Part shown: piece by piece, positions 8,895-20,021 of the stretch
How positions within the stretch are numbered: the first letter of the stretch is position 1
How the letters are laid out: the number at the start of each line of letters is the position of its first letter
Assembly (NCBI GenBank): GCA_963702095.1
Contig: OY969706.1
Coordinates: 1,856,001-1,920,000, forward strand
Direction of reading: 5' to 3'
DNA length: 64,000 bases
From: Candidatus Bathyarchaeota archaeon
GTDB lineage: Archaea > Thermoproteota > Bathyarchaeia > Bathyarchaeales > Bathycorpusculaceae
Notes under the pieces: generated by a model
Told to the model about the DNA's origin: nothing
Databases searched by the model: none
What the model saw: the letters and a program-made list of their open reading frames with translations, nothing else
Translations under genes and position numbers: made by a program

Positions 8895-11676
8895 TTATGC
8901 TCGTTTTCTAAGCAGAAGCAGTGTGGCTATTGCAATTGCAATTATGATAGCGACAGCAGTAACTGCCATGTACATCAATAGGTCACTGGTTGTAGCTAAG
9001 CCAGTTTGAGGCGGCTGTGTTGGCGCTGCTGTTGCTGCTTCACTTGCATAGAGTGCTGTTGAAGCCGAAGCTGGATAATACGAGTTGGAGCCTGAGAAGC
9101 TTGCGTAGATTTTATAGTTTCCAATAATGTCTGGTGTCCATGTATAGCTGAAAGTACCGTCAGCATCGCTTGTAGTTGTGCCAATCTCGCGGTAGTTGCC
9201 ATTAGAGTCAACAACAGCTAACGTGATTGGAACTCCAATAGTATTCGATGGTAACGGTTGTTGCTGGTAGACATACTCCATCCATTTGCTTTGGCTTTCA
9301 TCTGAAACACATGGCACGCCATTGGGGAATCTTAATGCGACTTCGTTTTGCTTTGTCATTGTAATGTCAGGTGAAGTAATTGCTCTTGTGCCAGGCGAAA
9401 TATCCATTATTGTACCTCTTATAGTCAACGGTGTTGCAGTTGTTAAGCCGACATCAGGGGCTGTAACGGTCATAGTGCATGGACCCTTGCCCCAAGCGTA
9501 TATCTGGTTGTCATAAGCGTTCATTGACAGCACAATGTTGTAAGCGACTGCGGTAGACCTAATGTACATGCCTAATTCGCTCCAAACTAACGAGCCATCA
9601 GTCATGTTGAGTGCTATCATCTGTGAGCCATGGAATAGCGGTGGGTTATACTCGTGACCAACGGTGAGGTACGCCACATTAGTCGTGTAGCCAGGTGAGC
9701 TGAAAACCCACAGTGGCCAGAACGTCATAGGGCGTTTCAATGCCTGGGTCACCGATCAGTGTAGTTGTGTTCGTGTACCAGAGTTCAGCGCCTGTATGAG
9801 AGTCAAAGCACCATACATCTCCTCCTAAGCCGTACCAGAGTAATTTGCCGTTTACGTATTGGTTGCTGATTCCAAAGTTGTCGTAGACGTTTGGTGTTCC
9901 GTCTCCGTAAGGTGTCTCAAGTGTTGTGGTCCATAGTTTATCTCCGGTTCTTGTACTGTATGCTGCCATTTCCCAATTAACTAGGTTGACAGTTACGAAT
10001 TGTCCATCTCCGAATGCGCGGCTTGTTCTGGTGAAGGGCAGAAGTTCTGTTGATCCGCCTGCATATGTATAGTTCTTGCACCATAACTCGGCGCCAGTGT
10101 TCAAGTCCATTGCACAGTAAATTAGCCAGCCAGGTACTTCGTCACCGCCTCCTTGCATGTGGATGAATCCAGCGCTAAGCACCAATTCGTTGCCAGTTAT
10201 CGAACTCAGCGAGAGAGAGAGCCTTGGAGTAGTTGGAGATGTAGATATCGGTGTGCCATCATCAGTTGTAGTTGGTACGTCTACGGTCCACATGACTCCG
10301 TCTTGCCAGTTGTATGCTCTGTTTAGGGTTGGTCCCCATCCAAAGGCTGCGGCCATGCCAAGAGCCATGGTTAGGTTAACGCATGTTAAGTGCGGTCCAG
10401 TGGTGTTCACAAGGACTTGTTGAATTCCTGTGCCGCCGCCTGAACCTGCAGCTGCGGATGTTCCTGGATAAGGATAGGTAGGTTCGTTTATGCCTGCGGT
10501 ACTGTTAATGTAGTAGCCCATCAAGTTTCCGTTGTCGTCTTCTCTGAGCGTCACTGAGGAACCGTTGACGATGCTGCAGATGTATTTTCCATCCCAGCCT
10601 GAATAGAGGTTCCACTGCGTTCCACGGTTATTGTATACTACTCCGCCTGTGTCTGCTGCGGGAAGCGTTCCAGTCGTCCAAATATAGGGACCAACAGCAC
10701 CGTACTGATTAGCCATGTGGAATTTAGTGACCATTCCGCATTTCAAGGCGTTTGTTGTGTTTATTGTCCAAAGTGTTGCGCCAGTGTATAAGTCTGAGCA
10801 TATGATACCGTGAGCTAAGTTTGTGGCTTCTGGGTATGATGTTGAGTACATTCTGCCGTTTATTATGACTGGTGCATACTGAGGCTGGTACTGCCTAGTT
10901 GACCAGTAGCTGCCTGAGTCTTCTGATCCGCCGCTTGTTCCAACGCTTTCACCGCCAGCTACACCACCTGAAAGCCACTCTTTTGTCCAAAGAACGTGAC
11001 CTGAATAGACAGAATCAGTGTAGGGGTTGTATCGTGTGGTAGCATTGTATGCGCCAGTTTGTGCGAAAGTGATTGAGCCAAGGCCAAGCCAGTCTCCTGT
11101 AACCTTAGACCATTCCTGCACGTTCTCTGCGCTGACGGGGGTTTGCCACCAATCAGTTGGAAGTGGAGTAATCGGATAGGCAGTGCGCTCTAGCGGTTCC
11201 TGTTGAACTGTCAGAACGTAAGGTTTGCTTACGCTAGGCATTTCATAGAGACTACCATAGCCTCCCTCTGTAATGTTGCGTCCAGTTAATTGTTGTCCGC
11301 CATAGTAGAATGTGAATGTGTAGTTGCCGACTTTATCTGGGACAAAGTTGAAGAATGTTCCGCCTGTGGTGTCTCCAGTGTAGGGTCCGAAGGTTTTTGG
11401 GGTGCCATCTGGGTCGACCATTTTAACGGTCATGTTAGTTGGGCGTTCACTGGTTTCTAGCGCTGATGATACGAAGAAGTTGACGTTGACTGTTTGTCCG
11501 ACACCCACTGGGTTTGGAGCTACGTTGATGAAAGCATATGTTGGGACTTGATAGTTTTCGGGGAATAAGACTTGTGCGAATGTGCTTGATGTTAATGCCA
11601 TAGAAATTGTCAAAGAAGCTATTAGAAATATTGAAAGCATAAGTGTTTTTTTATTTTTAAATAATTTGTTTTGCAT
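8895..11676 (-). CDS. PQQ-like beta-propeller surface protein, split by one frameshift near 9720
   Basis: ORF 9679..11676 (signal peptide, NPVGVGQ, TGAELW repeats) and ORF 8895..9752 (NAYDNQIYAWGKG, Ig-like domain, TM + RKR) join as ETPYDV-WPLWVF if one base is removed. Confidence 0.8.
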
Positions 11677-12062
11677 TTTTGGTTTTTCCTTTTTTAATAA
11701 TACACCTAAGTGTATAGCTTGCTGTTTTCACCTGAATAGGTATATAAGATTTTGGTACATACCACCGATTGATTAAGAATTTGACCATTTGAAAGTGCAA
11801 ATGCAATGTGGGTTGTGTATTCTTTTTTATACATTTAAGATAAATCAGCGTTGAAAAAGAGCGTCGCGTTAGGACTTTTGATTAAATGGGGCTTGTATCT
11901 TTAAGCTATAAAGTATATTATCAGTCATCTTACATATGAGGATCAATTCCCAAGAAATTATATTTCTGTGTTTAGGGGGATTTTTCCAATACTATTTTCA
12001 GTGACAACAATTACGCTTAAATACTTATTTTGCTGTGTGTGTGACAGAAGTACCGAGGGTTT

Positions 12063-12139
12063 GCCGCCGTTGCACAGCCCGGTAGTGCAACTGACTGTTA
12101 ATCAGTAGGTCAAAGGTTCGAGTCCTTTCGGCGGCGCCA
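12063..12139 (+). tRNA. tRNA-Asn(GTT)
   Basis: Acceptor GCCGCCG/CGGCGGC, D stem GCAC/GTGC, anticodon arm ACTGA-CTGTTAA-TCAGT, T arm AAAGG-TTCGAGT-CCTTT, encoded CCA. Confidence 0.95.
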
Positions 12140-12149
12140 CAACTATCTC

Positions 12150-12170
12150 GAAAAAACTACCGGTTTTTTC
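12150..12170 (+). terminator. Inverted repeat with T tract after tRNA-Asn
   Basis: gaaaaaac-taccg-gttttttc directly downstream of the tRNA. Confidence 0.4.
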
Positions 12171-12445
12171 GTTTACTTTACTGAGACCTAGCTTTAATCA
12201 ACTTTAGGTTAATCCGCAGAAGGTAAGCCAACCTATCGCCAGAAACATAAGTCTGCTTAAACCCAATACTCCAAAATGGATACCCCCTTCTCACTGTTTT
12301 TTAGAGTAGCCAAATGTGTGGACTTTAAGGAGGATCAACCAAAGCTTAACTTAAAATATGCAATGCGAATAACTTCAATGACTCAAGTTGATCAAAAACA
12401 AGCGTTCAATACGATTCGCCACAAAAATCGTGCCCTACCTTGGCT

Positions 12446-12880
12446 CTACGTTTTGTGTAGCCAGCCGCGTCCACCCTTTTTTGGTTGCTGAACCGCCTTT
12501 TTCTCTGGGATGTATGCTTGTGCACGCTTGTGTTTTTGGGATGCGCCAGTGATTTCTGTCTTCACAAACTTTGCCCAGCCGCCTACTTGCACGTTGGGTG
12601 GGATATAGTTTTCTGGTTTCTCCACATGCTCCTCGAGGATATCTCGGAAGTTAAGCGGTTTAAAATCCCTTGAAGCCTTTATGACGGTGCCCCTTTCAAC
12701 TTGTAGTTTGTCATAGTTTTCTGAGGAGATGTCTTCAGCGCGGACTTTATCGTTTATTTGCTGGCTCCAAAGAAGCTTCCACTGGCCCTTCAGTTCCTCA
12801 ACCAGTTGTTTCTGCGCTTTAATCCGGTCTTCCGCCGATGATTCCTCAACCTTATTGGTTGAGTCGTCCTTAACTTGCAA
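12446..12880 (-). CDS. Hypothetical protein, 144 aa, charged, N-terminal coiled coil
   Basis: TTG start preceded by GAGAGGG; protein-like composition; fills the intergenic gap. Confidence 0.7.
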   Translation of the reverse strand: MQVKDDSTNKVEESSAEDRIKAQKQLVEELKGQWKLLWSQQINDKVRAEDISSENYDKLQVERGTVIKASRDFKPLNFRDILEEHVEKPENYIPPNVQVGGWAKFVKTEITGASQKHKRAQAYIPEKKAVQQPKKGGRGWLHKT

Positions 12881-13085
12881 GTTGCCCTCTCTTCCGTTGC
12901 ATCTACATACGTAAAATCGCTATTTAACCTTGTGAGCGTCAGAGGTTAGACAAACATCTCTACCCGCAGAGAAGGGTTGTGACATGCGAATTAAGCAGCA
13001 ACCATTCGCGATTGCCAACATTCAAACCCGTATAGAAAAAGGGGCGAAGCAACTTTTAGTCGCTTAAAAATCTGAGGGCTCTGTG

Positions 13086-15794
13086 TTACTGGTTAGCCAG
13101 TTTTTTAAACAATCCACCTTGCCCTTCCTGAATAACATCTGCGGTGGCGGTTCCGTAGAGCTTGAGCAGAACCGAAACCAACCCAGTCCAACCGGTCTGG
13201 TGGCTTGCTCCCAACCCAGCGCCGTTATCACCGTGGAAGTACTCGTAGAAGAGAATGTTGTCTTTCCAATTGGGGTCTTTTTGGAATTTTTCGGTTCCGC
13301 CATACACGGGTCGTTTGCCGTTGCTGTCACGTAGAAAGATTTTGCTTAGTCGAGTGGCGATTTCTTTGCTTACTTCGAAGAGGTTCATCTGTTTTCCTGA
13401 GCCTGTGGGGCATTCAACTTTGAAGTCGTTGCCATAGTATGCGTAGAGGTTTAGCAGGGCACGTAGCAGAAGGATGTTGATTGGGAACCATATGGGTCCT
13501 CGCCAATTCGAGTTTCCGCCGAAAGCTCCAGTTGTGGATTCTGCAGGTTCATATTTTATACTGAAGCTTTGTTGGCCCAGTTGGACCGTGTAGGGGTTTT
13601 CGTAGACTCGAGAGAGTGACCTGATACCGTATGGTGAGAGGAATTCTTTTTCGTCGAGCATTCTTGAAAGTACACGTTTAAGCTTTTCATCTGTCAGTAG
13701 ACTCAGTAGGAATGTGCCGTTGGCGCCGCGGACGCCCGGTCTATGAATGTTTGAGACCAATTCTGGGTGATTCTGAACGAACCAAGTCACTCTTTCCATG
13801 AAATGCGGCATTTTTTCGATGGCGTCGCCGGTGAAGATGCTGTTGGCGCAAAGTGATATTAAACCGACCATTGTGCGGACTTTCAACCTAATTGCTCTCC
13901 CGTCTTTATGGCGCAGTACATCATAGTAGAAACCGTCTTCGTCATCCCAAAGTCCTATCTTGTCTGCACCGCCACTATTGAGTGCATGTGCAATCCATAG
14001 GAAATGCTCAAAAAACTTAATCGCTTGATCTTCATACGCTGGGTTCTCCTTTGCCAGAATCGTCGCTAATGTAAGCATGTTTTGACAGAACATAGCCATC
14101 CAGGCGGTTCCGTCAGCTTGATCTAATGTTATATCCGGGGGCAGGGGTGCGCTTCGATCAAAAAGTCCAATGTTATCTAATCCTAAGAAGCCGCCTTGGA
14201 AAACGTTGTTGCCGGCGCTGTCTTTTCTGTTTACCCACCAAGTGAAATTCATCAGTAACTTTTGAAAGGCGTTTTCAAGAAATTCAGTGTCCGTCTTGCC
14301 ACGTAATGCTTCTTCGAGGTTATGGTTGAAAATTATCGCCCAGGCATGTACCGGTGGGTTAACGTCGTTGAAGTTCCATTCGTAGGCGGGGAACTGCCCG
14401 TTTGGATGCAGGTACCGTTCGTTTAACATCAGGTTTAATTGGTCTTTGGCGAAGTCTGGGTCAACCATAGAGATTGCAACGGTGTGGAATGCCAGGTCCC
14501 AAGCAGCGTACCAGGGGTATTCCCATTTGTCAGGCATCGAGATAACGTCGCTGTTCACCATGTGGAACCAGTTAATGTTTCGAACGGGCTTTTGAGATTC
14601 AGTGTAAAAGTCCACTTGATGCTCGTTTAACCATTTAGCGATGTCGTAATCGTAGTATTGTTTACTCCAAAGCATACCTGAGAGGGCTTGGCGTAGCACA
14701 TTTTTTTCATCGTCATTGAGGGTTTTGGGGCTAATGGAATCATAGAATTCATTTGCTTCTTTTGTGCGGGCATCGAAGGTTGCATCGAATTCAGCGCCAA
14801 AAAGTTTGTTCTGAATTTCTTCGGGTTTCTTGTTGGTTAACCGCAGCTTAACGGTTTGGGACTGCTTGGCGGGGATGGTGAATTTGTAGTTAGCGCTGGT
14901 TTTGGTTCCGACTTGCGCGGAGTTCACTGCGCCGACATCTTCGTCTACGATGTAGTCGTTGATTCCGTCTTTAACATAGGGGGTTAGGTTGGTGCCTCCG
15001 AAGAGGCATTTGTTGTTGTTTTCGTTTTCAGTGAAAAGCAGCGGTGGCGATCCGTCACAGTAGAGGTAGCGTTTGCCCAGCAGTTGATGCTCTGCTTCAA
15101 CCGCGGTCACGGTGGAGGCTGCCTTGATTTCTTTGATTGTTGGGCGCTCAACTGGGATTTTGCTGCCGTACCAGATGTTGCGGAACCAAAGCGTGGGCAG
15201 AATGTTTAGTGCTGCGGGTTCATTGCCTCTGTTAAAAGCGGTTATTTTAATGAGGATGTCTTCGGGTGATTCTTTAGCGTACTCGACGTATACGTCGAAG
15301 TAGCGGTCGTCGCTAAACACGCCGGTGTCTAATAATTCATATTCCATTTCGTATCGGCTTCTGGAGCGGTTCGTGTTAACTAGGTCAGTGTATGGGTAAG
15401 CCCTCTGGGAGTACTTGTAGAGGTATTTCATGTAGCTATGCGTTGGGGTGCTGTCGAGGTAGAAGTAGTATTCTTTGACGTCTTCGCCGTGGTTGCCCTG
15501 GCTGTTTGTTAAGCCGAAAAGGCGTTCCTTAAGAATAGGGTCTTGGCCGTTCCACAATGCCAGTGCAAAGCAGAGGGTCTGTTTTTCGTCTGATACCCCA
15601 GCTAAACCGTCTTCACCCCAGCGGTAAGCTCTGGAACGGGCTTGATCATGTGAAAAGTAGTCCCATGCGGCTCCGTCGTTGCTGTAGTCTTCGCGCACAG
15701 TGCCCCATTGGCGCTCGCTTAGGTAGGGCCCCCATTTACGCCAAGGAACGTGCTGTTGACGTGCCTCGGCTAATCTGTCTATTTCAGAATTCAA
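13086..15794 (-). CDS. GH63 / MGH1-like alpha-glucosidase (mannosyl/glucosylglycerate hydrolase-like)
   Basis: WGPYLSERQWGTVREDYS, MPDKWEYPWYAAWD, NWRGPIWFP, FYEYFHGDNGAGLGASHQTGWT. Confidence 0.9.
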   Translation of the reverse strand: MNSEIDRLAEARQQHVPWRKWGPYLSERQWGTVREDYSNDGAAWDYFSHDQARSRAYRWGEDGLAGVSDEKQTLCFALALWNGQDPILKERLFGLTNSQGNHGEDVKEYYFYLDSTPTHSYMKYLYKYSQRAYPYTDLVNTNRSRSRYEMEYELLDTGVFSDDRYFDVYVEYAKESPEDILIKITAFNRGNEPAALNILPTLWFRNIWYGSKIPVERPTIKEIKAASTVTAVEAEHQLLGKRYLYCDGSPPLLFTENENNNKCLFGGTNLTPYVKDGINDYIVDEDVGAVNSAQVGTKTSANYKFTIPAKQSQTVKLRLTNKKPEEIQNKLFGAEFDATFDARTKEANEFYDSISPKTLNDDEKNVLRQALSGMLWSKQYYDYDIAKWLNEHQVDFYTESQKPVRNINWFHMVNSDVISMPDKWEYPWYAAWDLAFHTVAISMVDPDFAKDQLNLMLNERYLHPNGQFPAYEWNFNDVNPPVHAWAIIFNHNLEEALRGKTDTEFLENAFQKLLMNFTWWVNRKDSAGNNVFQGGFLGLDNIGLFDRSAPLPPDITLDQADGTAWMAMFCQNMLTLATILAKENPAYEDQAIKFFEHFLWIAHALNSGGADKIGLWDDEDGFYYDVLRHKDGRAIRLKVRTMVGLISLCANSIFTGDAIEKMPHFMERVTWFVQNHPELVSNIHRPGVRGANGTFLLSLLTDEKLKRVLSRMLDEKEFLSPYGIRSLSRVYENPYTVQLGQQSFSIKYEPAESTTGAFGGNSNWRGPIWFPINILLLRALLNLYAYYGNDFKVECPTGSGKQMNLFEVSKEIATRLSKIFLRDSNGKRPVYGGTEKFQKDPNWKDNILFYEYFHGDNGAGLGASHQTGWTGLVSVLLKLYGTATADVIQEGQGGLFKKLANQ

Positions 15795-15967
15795 TTTGAT
15801 TCACCTAAAAACAGGATTCCACGTTTAATTGACTGGAAGTCCTCTAATATGAATATGTGACTTCAACACAAACACTACAAACAGACCCTAACACATCATC
15901 ATAAGGCTAAAATTTCAAGCACAAAAAATATAGCCCAACACACACCACACTACAGGAGTGAGTACAC

Positions 15968-17192
15968 ATGCAACGGTCCTATTCGCGTTTACTGGGAGTA
16001 GTGGGCAAACCAAACACGGGCAAATCCACTTTTTTCAGCGCCGCCACCTTAGCCACAGCGGAAATCGCCAACTACCCATTTACCACGATTAAACCCAACC
16101 GGGGCGTCGGCTACGTCCGAACCCCCTGCGTCCACCCAGAATTCAAAGTGCAAGACAACCCCCGAAACAGCCTCTGCCTCAACGGCACACGCCTCGCCCC
16201 CGTTGAACTCATCGACATCGCAGGCATCGTTCCCGGAGCTTGGGAAGGAAAAGCGCCTGGGCAACCAGTTCCTCGACGAAATCCGCCGTGCAGACGCGCT
16301 TATCCACATCGTTGACGCATCCGGGGGCACGGACTGCGAGGGCAAAAGCTGCAAACCCGGCGAACACGACCCATTGGAGGACGTGCAGTTCTTAGAGAGA
16401 GAAATCACCTTGTGGATGGTTAACATCCTAAAGAAGGACTGGTCGAAAATCGCCCGCACTGCAGAAGCAGACAAAAAAGGCATCGCCCACCACCTCGAAG
16501 ACCGCTTAGCAGGTTTAGGTATAAAACGCCAATTTATCAGTGAAGCTGCGAGGCGGGCAAACCTAAACATTGAAGCCCCAGCATCGTGGTCAGATGAAGA
16601 TTTTTACCGCTTCGTAGACAACCTTCGGCGTGTATCCAAGCCAATGTTGATTGTCGTCAACAAAATCGATTTACCAACCGCCCAAGCAAACCTTGAGCGC
16701 CTAAAAAAACTCGATTACACCGTTATCCCCTGCTCAGCCGAAGCCGAATTGGTGCTGAGACGTGCAGCCGAAAAGAAGTTAATTGATTATAAGCCCGGTG
16801 ATGGCGACTTCAACATAGTGGCGCCTGAAAAGTTATCCGCTGGCCAAATCCGAGCGCTTGAGCAGGTGAAAGAAAAAATCCTAAAAACCAACGGCACAAC
16901 AGGCGTCCAAGAAGCCCTAAACACAGCCTACCTAAAACTCCTCGACATGATAACCGTCTACCCCGTTGAAGACCTCGAACACCTCAGCGACCACAACGGA
17001 CGCGTGCTGCCCGACGTCTACCTCGTCCCCAAAGGCACCACCGCCCACCTCTTCGCCTACATAATCCACAGCGAACTCGGAGAAAGCTTCCTCTACGCAG
17101 TAAACGCACGCGACAAACGAAGAATCGGCGAAGACGCCATCCTAAAAGACCGCGACATCATCAGCATAGTCAGCACACAGAAACGCACATAA
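15968..17192 (+). CDS. ychF: Archaeal YchF/Obg-family NTPase with TGS domain, frameshift near 16250
   Basis: [19 protein letters not shown] in the first ORF; LGNQFL, NKID and TGS domain in the second; one extra base in ggaaaagcgcctg. Confidence 0.85.
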
Positions 17193-17300
17193 CCCCCGAA
17201 GAAAATCCACCAACCTAAACCAACTCTTTCTTCACTTTTTCCGTTTCCCCTTTTAACCACAAGCAATCGACGAATTGACATAAAACCCAATTAGAGTCAG

Positions 17301-17567
17301 TTACTCGTATGCCTTTTCACGTGTAAAAATAGAGTAAACAATTGCTGTTCGATCTGCTGAAAGCTCAAAACGTATCCTGATAAGCCTCCCAACCCTAATC
17401 CGATAATGGTGCTGGTAGCCCTGCAGCTTCTTGATGTCCAATTTGTTTGACAGCCCTTCAGCCTCTAGGGTTGCCAGCGTTTCAAATATCCGTGTCTGGT
17501 GGTTTTTGGGCATCTTTTTGAATTGTTTCTTCGCCTTGCTTTCGATTAGAACGGTGTATTTGGGCAA
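17301..17567 (-). CDS. relE: RelE/ParE family type II toxin
   Basis: 88 aa, basic; IKKLQG..YRIRVG..RIRF..IFTREKAY. Confidence 0.85.
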   Translation of the reverse strand: MPKYTVLIESKAKKQFKKMPKNHQTRIFETLATLEAEGLSNKLDIKKLQGYQHHYRIRVGRLIRIRFELSADRTAIVYSIFTREKAYE

Positions 17568-17571
17568 AGTT

Positions 17572-17784
17572 TTAGTTCCCTTTGGTTAATTCACTCAAAG
17601 GCTCAAAATGCAGCTTCTTGTTTTTCTTTGCCGCCTCGTATTCCTCTATAGCCAAAACGTCTTCCTTAATGGGTTCCTCGCAACCGATTAGGCGCTCCTC
17701 CACTAACTCGTTTAGCCCTTGCACTTTCTTGTTTAATTCCACAAGAAGGCTCCGAATCTCTTTAAGTTCAGCTTCAGAGGTCAT
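17572..17784 (-). CDS. Putative antitoxin
   Basis: Small acidic protein immediately upstream of relE; start MTSEAE after GGGAGTTGA. Confidence 0.7.
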   Translation of the reverse strand: MTSEAELKEIRSLLVELNKKVQGLNELVEERLIGCEEPIKEDVLAIEEYEAAKKNKKLHFEPLSELTKGN

Positions 17785-17889
17785 AAAGGTCAACTCCCAA
17801 TATCCCATCAGACATATTTAACAGTTATCAAAAGAACCTCAACAGAACTAAAAAGCCACTTCTAACACTACCCAGACGGCGCAACCGTC

Positions 17890-17970
17890 TTGCTTGCTGA
17901 ATCCGCCACAACACGCCTGCAACCCAAAGCCACAGGAAGAAGAAGAGCAAGGGCGCTTATGCCTTCATCT
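17890..17970 (+). repeat. Dispersed repeat family B, internally deleted copy
   Basis: tgcttgctgaatccgccacaac..cctgcaaccc..ggaagaagaagagcaagggc..gccttcatct; arms CTTGCT/AGCAAG. Confidence 0.7.
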
Positions 17971-18624
17971 AACACTAGAAGAAACAGAAAAGCCCAAATC
18001 TTGATCTACCGTGAAATAGTGTTCAAGCAGCCTCCTGGTACCACGCCTCAGAGTCTCCGACAGCGTCGCAGGACTGATACCCAACTTCGCCGCCAACTCT
18101 GCCATACCGATTTGGCGGGGATAATCAAAAAAGCCGCTTCTAAGCGCCAGCCAAAAAATCCGCTCCTGATTCCTGGTTAACACGCCGATTTGCTGTTCAA
18201 ACTTGCCCACCTTGAGCACATTGACAGCATACCCTGCTTTTTCTAGGTCACTGATTATCGCTTTGAAAGCGTCGTGTGTGGGCACCATGAAACTGTAGGT
18301 TATGAGGTTGTCCTGCATGCTTTTGCCTGAAACTAAAAACGCGTCGTGGGCAAGGATGGTGTTGCAGACGCCGCAGCCTGGGCTTTCCAGCCAAACCGCA
18401 GATTTGCCTTTTACATGGCCTTTGGCTGCGAGTTCCTTGGGTACCTTTTTGGCTTGTTCTTCGCCGAGGTCCATGAGGTGGCGCACTGAACCGCTGCTGG
18501 AACTGCGTACATCCACGACTTTTAAGTGTTTAAAGCCTAGCGAAGCCAGTTTGCCGACCATGCGGCATTCTTTGTTCTCAACCTCAATTACCACGTGGTA
18601 GGGTTCCCGCCAAGTGTCAGCCAT
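17965..18624 (-). CDS. Bat/HTH_10-type archaeal transcription regulator
   Basis: C-terminal LTRNQERIFWLALRSGFFDYPRQIGMAELAAKLGISPATLSETLRRG. Confidence 0.88.
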   Translation of the reverse strand: MADTWREPYHVVIEVENKECRMVGKLASLGFKHLKVVDVRSSSSGSVRHLMDLGEEQAKKVPKELAAKGHVKGKSAVWLESPGCGVCNTILAHDAFLVSGKSMQDNLITYSFMVPTHDAFKAIISDLEKAGYAVNVLKVGKFEQQIGVLTRNQERIFWLALRSGFFDYPRQIGMAELAAKLGISPATLSETLRRGTRRLLEHYFTVDQDLGFSVSSSVR

Positions 18625-18808
18625 CCAATCAGCCTCACAGACAATAAACGGTTCATGGAGTTAATGACAGTTGCCCCGAAAAGCTACCATAATCCCTGAT
18701 TGACGTTTGCGTTTACAGGCGCATCTTTGGCGCCTATTCAGAAACCATAGAGGGGAGAGGTCCCTTTGGCGGAAAAGGACCACATTAAAATGTTAGATTA
18801 AGCGCCGA

Positions 18809-19563
18809 CTACTCAGGCTGGGCACGTTTCATCCAATCAAACGCAAAAACTTCTGCTTTTCCACTCTGGAGGGCGTCAAGTACCAGTTGAGCAACGTGCT
18901 CGGCGGTGTCAGCTTTAGCCCATGCTTGCTGCCCCCTCAAAGATTTCCTCTTGCCCCTGCACAGAAGCATCTTTAATCGTGTTTTCCTCAAAATCTGTTG
19001 AGGTGATATAGGGGTAGACTACGGATACGTTGATGTGGTCTTCTTAGTTCCTCGCGTGCAGTGAGGCTGAATTGCGCCAGCGCCGCCTTCATTGCTGAGT
19101 AAGCACCCATATCGGGCAACTGCATCAACGCTGTTCCAGAACTGATGTTGACGATTGCGCCGCCGCCCAACATACGCATAACAGGAATCGCCTCTTTCAT
19201 AGCCACAACTGGGCGTAGCATGTCTAGGTCAAAGAGATACTGGAAAGTGCAGATATTCGTCTTTTCAGCTGGCGCATCGTAGCCGACTCCTGCATTGTTT
19301 ACTAAGATGTCTATTCTGCCAAAATGTGTTAGCACAGTTTTTACCATGCTGATTACTTCTTCAGGTTTAGACATGTCCGCTTGGACTGCAACTGCATCAG
19401 GTAATTCTTTAGCCAACGCTTCAAGTTTCTTTTTTGAGCGGGCAACCAACGCAAGTTTGGCGCCGCTGCCCGATAAGAGCTTAGCCACCGCGTACCCAAT
19501 GCCCATTGAAGCACCCGTTACAATGGCGACTTTTCCATTAACATCCATCCCTAAAACCTCCAA
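18809..19563 (-). CDS. Short-chain dehydrogenase/reductase, two apparent frameshifts (about 19044 and 18932)
   Basis: TGASMGIG, NNAG, YSAMK; continuation EDHINVSVVYPYITSTDF in a second frame, then AKADTAEHVA in a third. Confidence 0.75.
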
Positions 19564-19605
19564 TCATACAGGAGCAACCATTTATTAAAAATAATCTGTC
19601 CAGCG

Positions 19606-20016
19606 CTAAGCAACTTTCTGCTGAACAGTAACCAAGTAGCTCGGCAAACTTTCGATGCATTGAACTTCATGCCCGACTAGCCCACGCAGTTCAAGCCAGA
19701 AACGGATGTTTGCCTTAATTTTAACTCTCTCAAGGTCACGCTGCAGCCGCTTTGTGCCTTCCCTGCCACGGCGATCAAAATCCAGCAGCAAAATAACCTC
19801 GCGTGCGCCTGACGCTTCGATTTCGCTGGTGGCTTGCAGAAACGATTTGCCGCCGCTCTTCACCATCAAAACCACGCCGCCTACCCCTAAACCTTGGAGT
19901 GCTTGGGCGTCTTTTTTGCCTTCAACCACGATGGGTTTGCCTTTAGCGGATTCCTCTGTGAGTTTAGCTATGAGATGCTCAATTTTTTCAACGCGGTCTT
20001 TTTGGTGCGTAGACAA
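19606..20016 (-). CDS. Small Toprim-domain protein
   Basis: IVVEGKKD and LLLDFDRRG Toprim motifs. Confidence 0.88.
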   Translation of the reverse strand: MSTHQKDRVEKIEHLIAKLTEESAKGKPIVVEGKKDAQALQGLGVGGVVLMVKSGGKSFLQATSEIEASGAREVILLLDFDRRGREGTKRLQRDLERVKIKANIRFWLELRGLVGHEVQCIESLPSYLVTVQQKVA

Positions 20017-20021
20017 AGCGT

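Noticed and set aside
16240-16260. Programmed ribosomal frameshift in ychF
   Set aside because: No canonical slippery heptamer or downstream structure seen; similar indels occur across the window
18759-18781. Hairpin ggtccctttggcggaaaaggacc
   Set aside because: Single imperfect stem with no second copy; too weak to call
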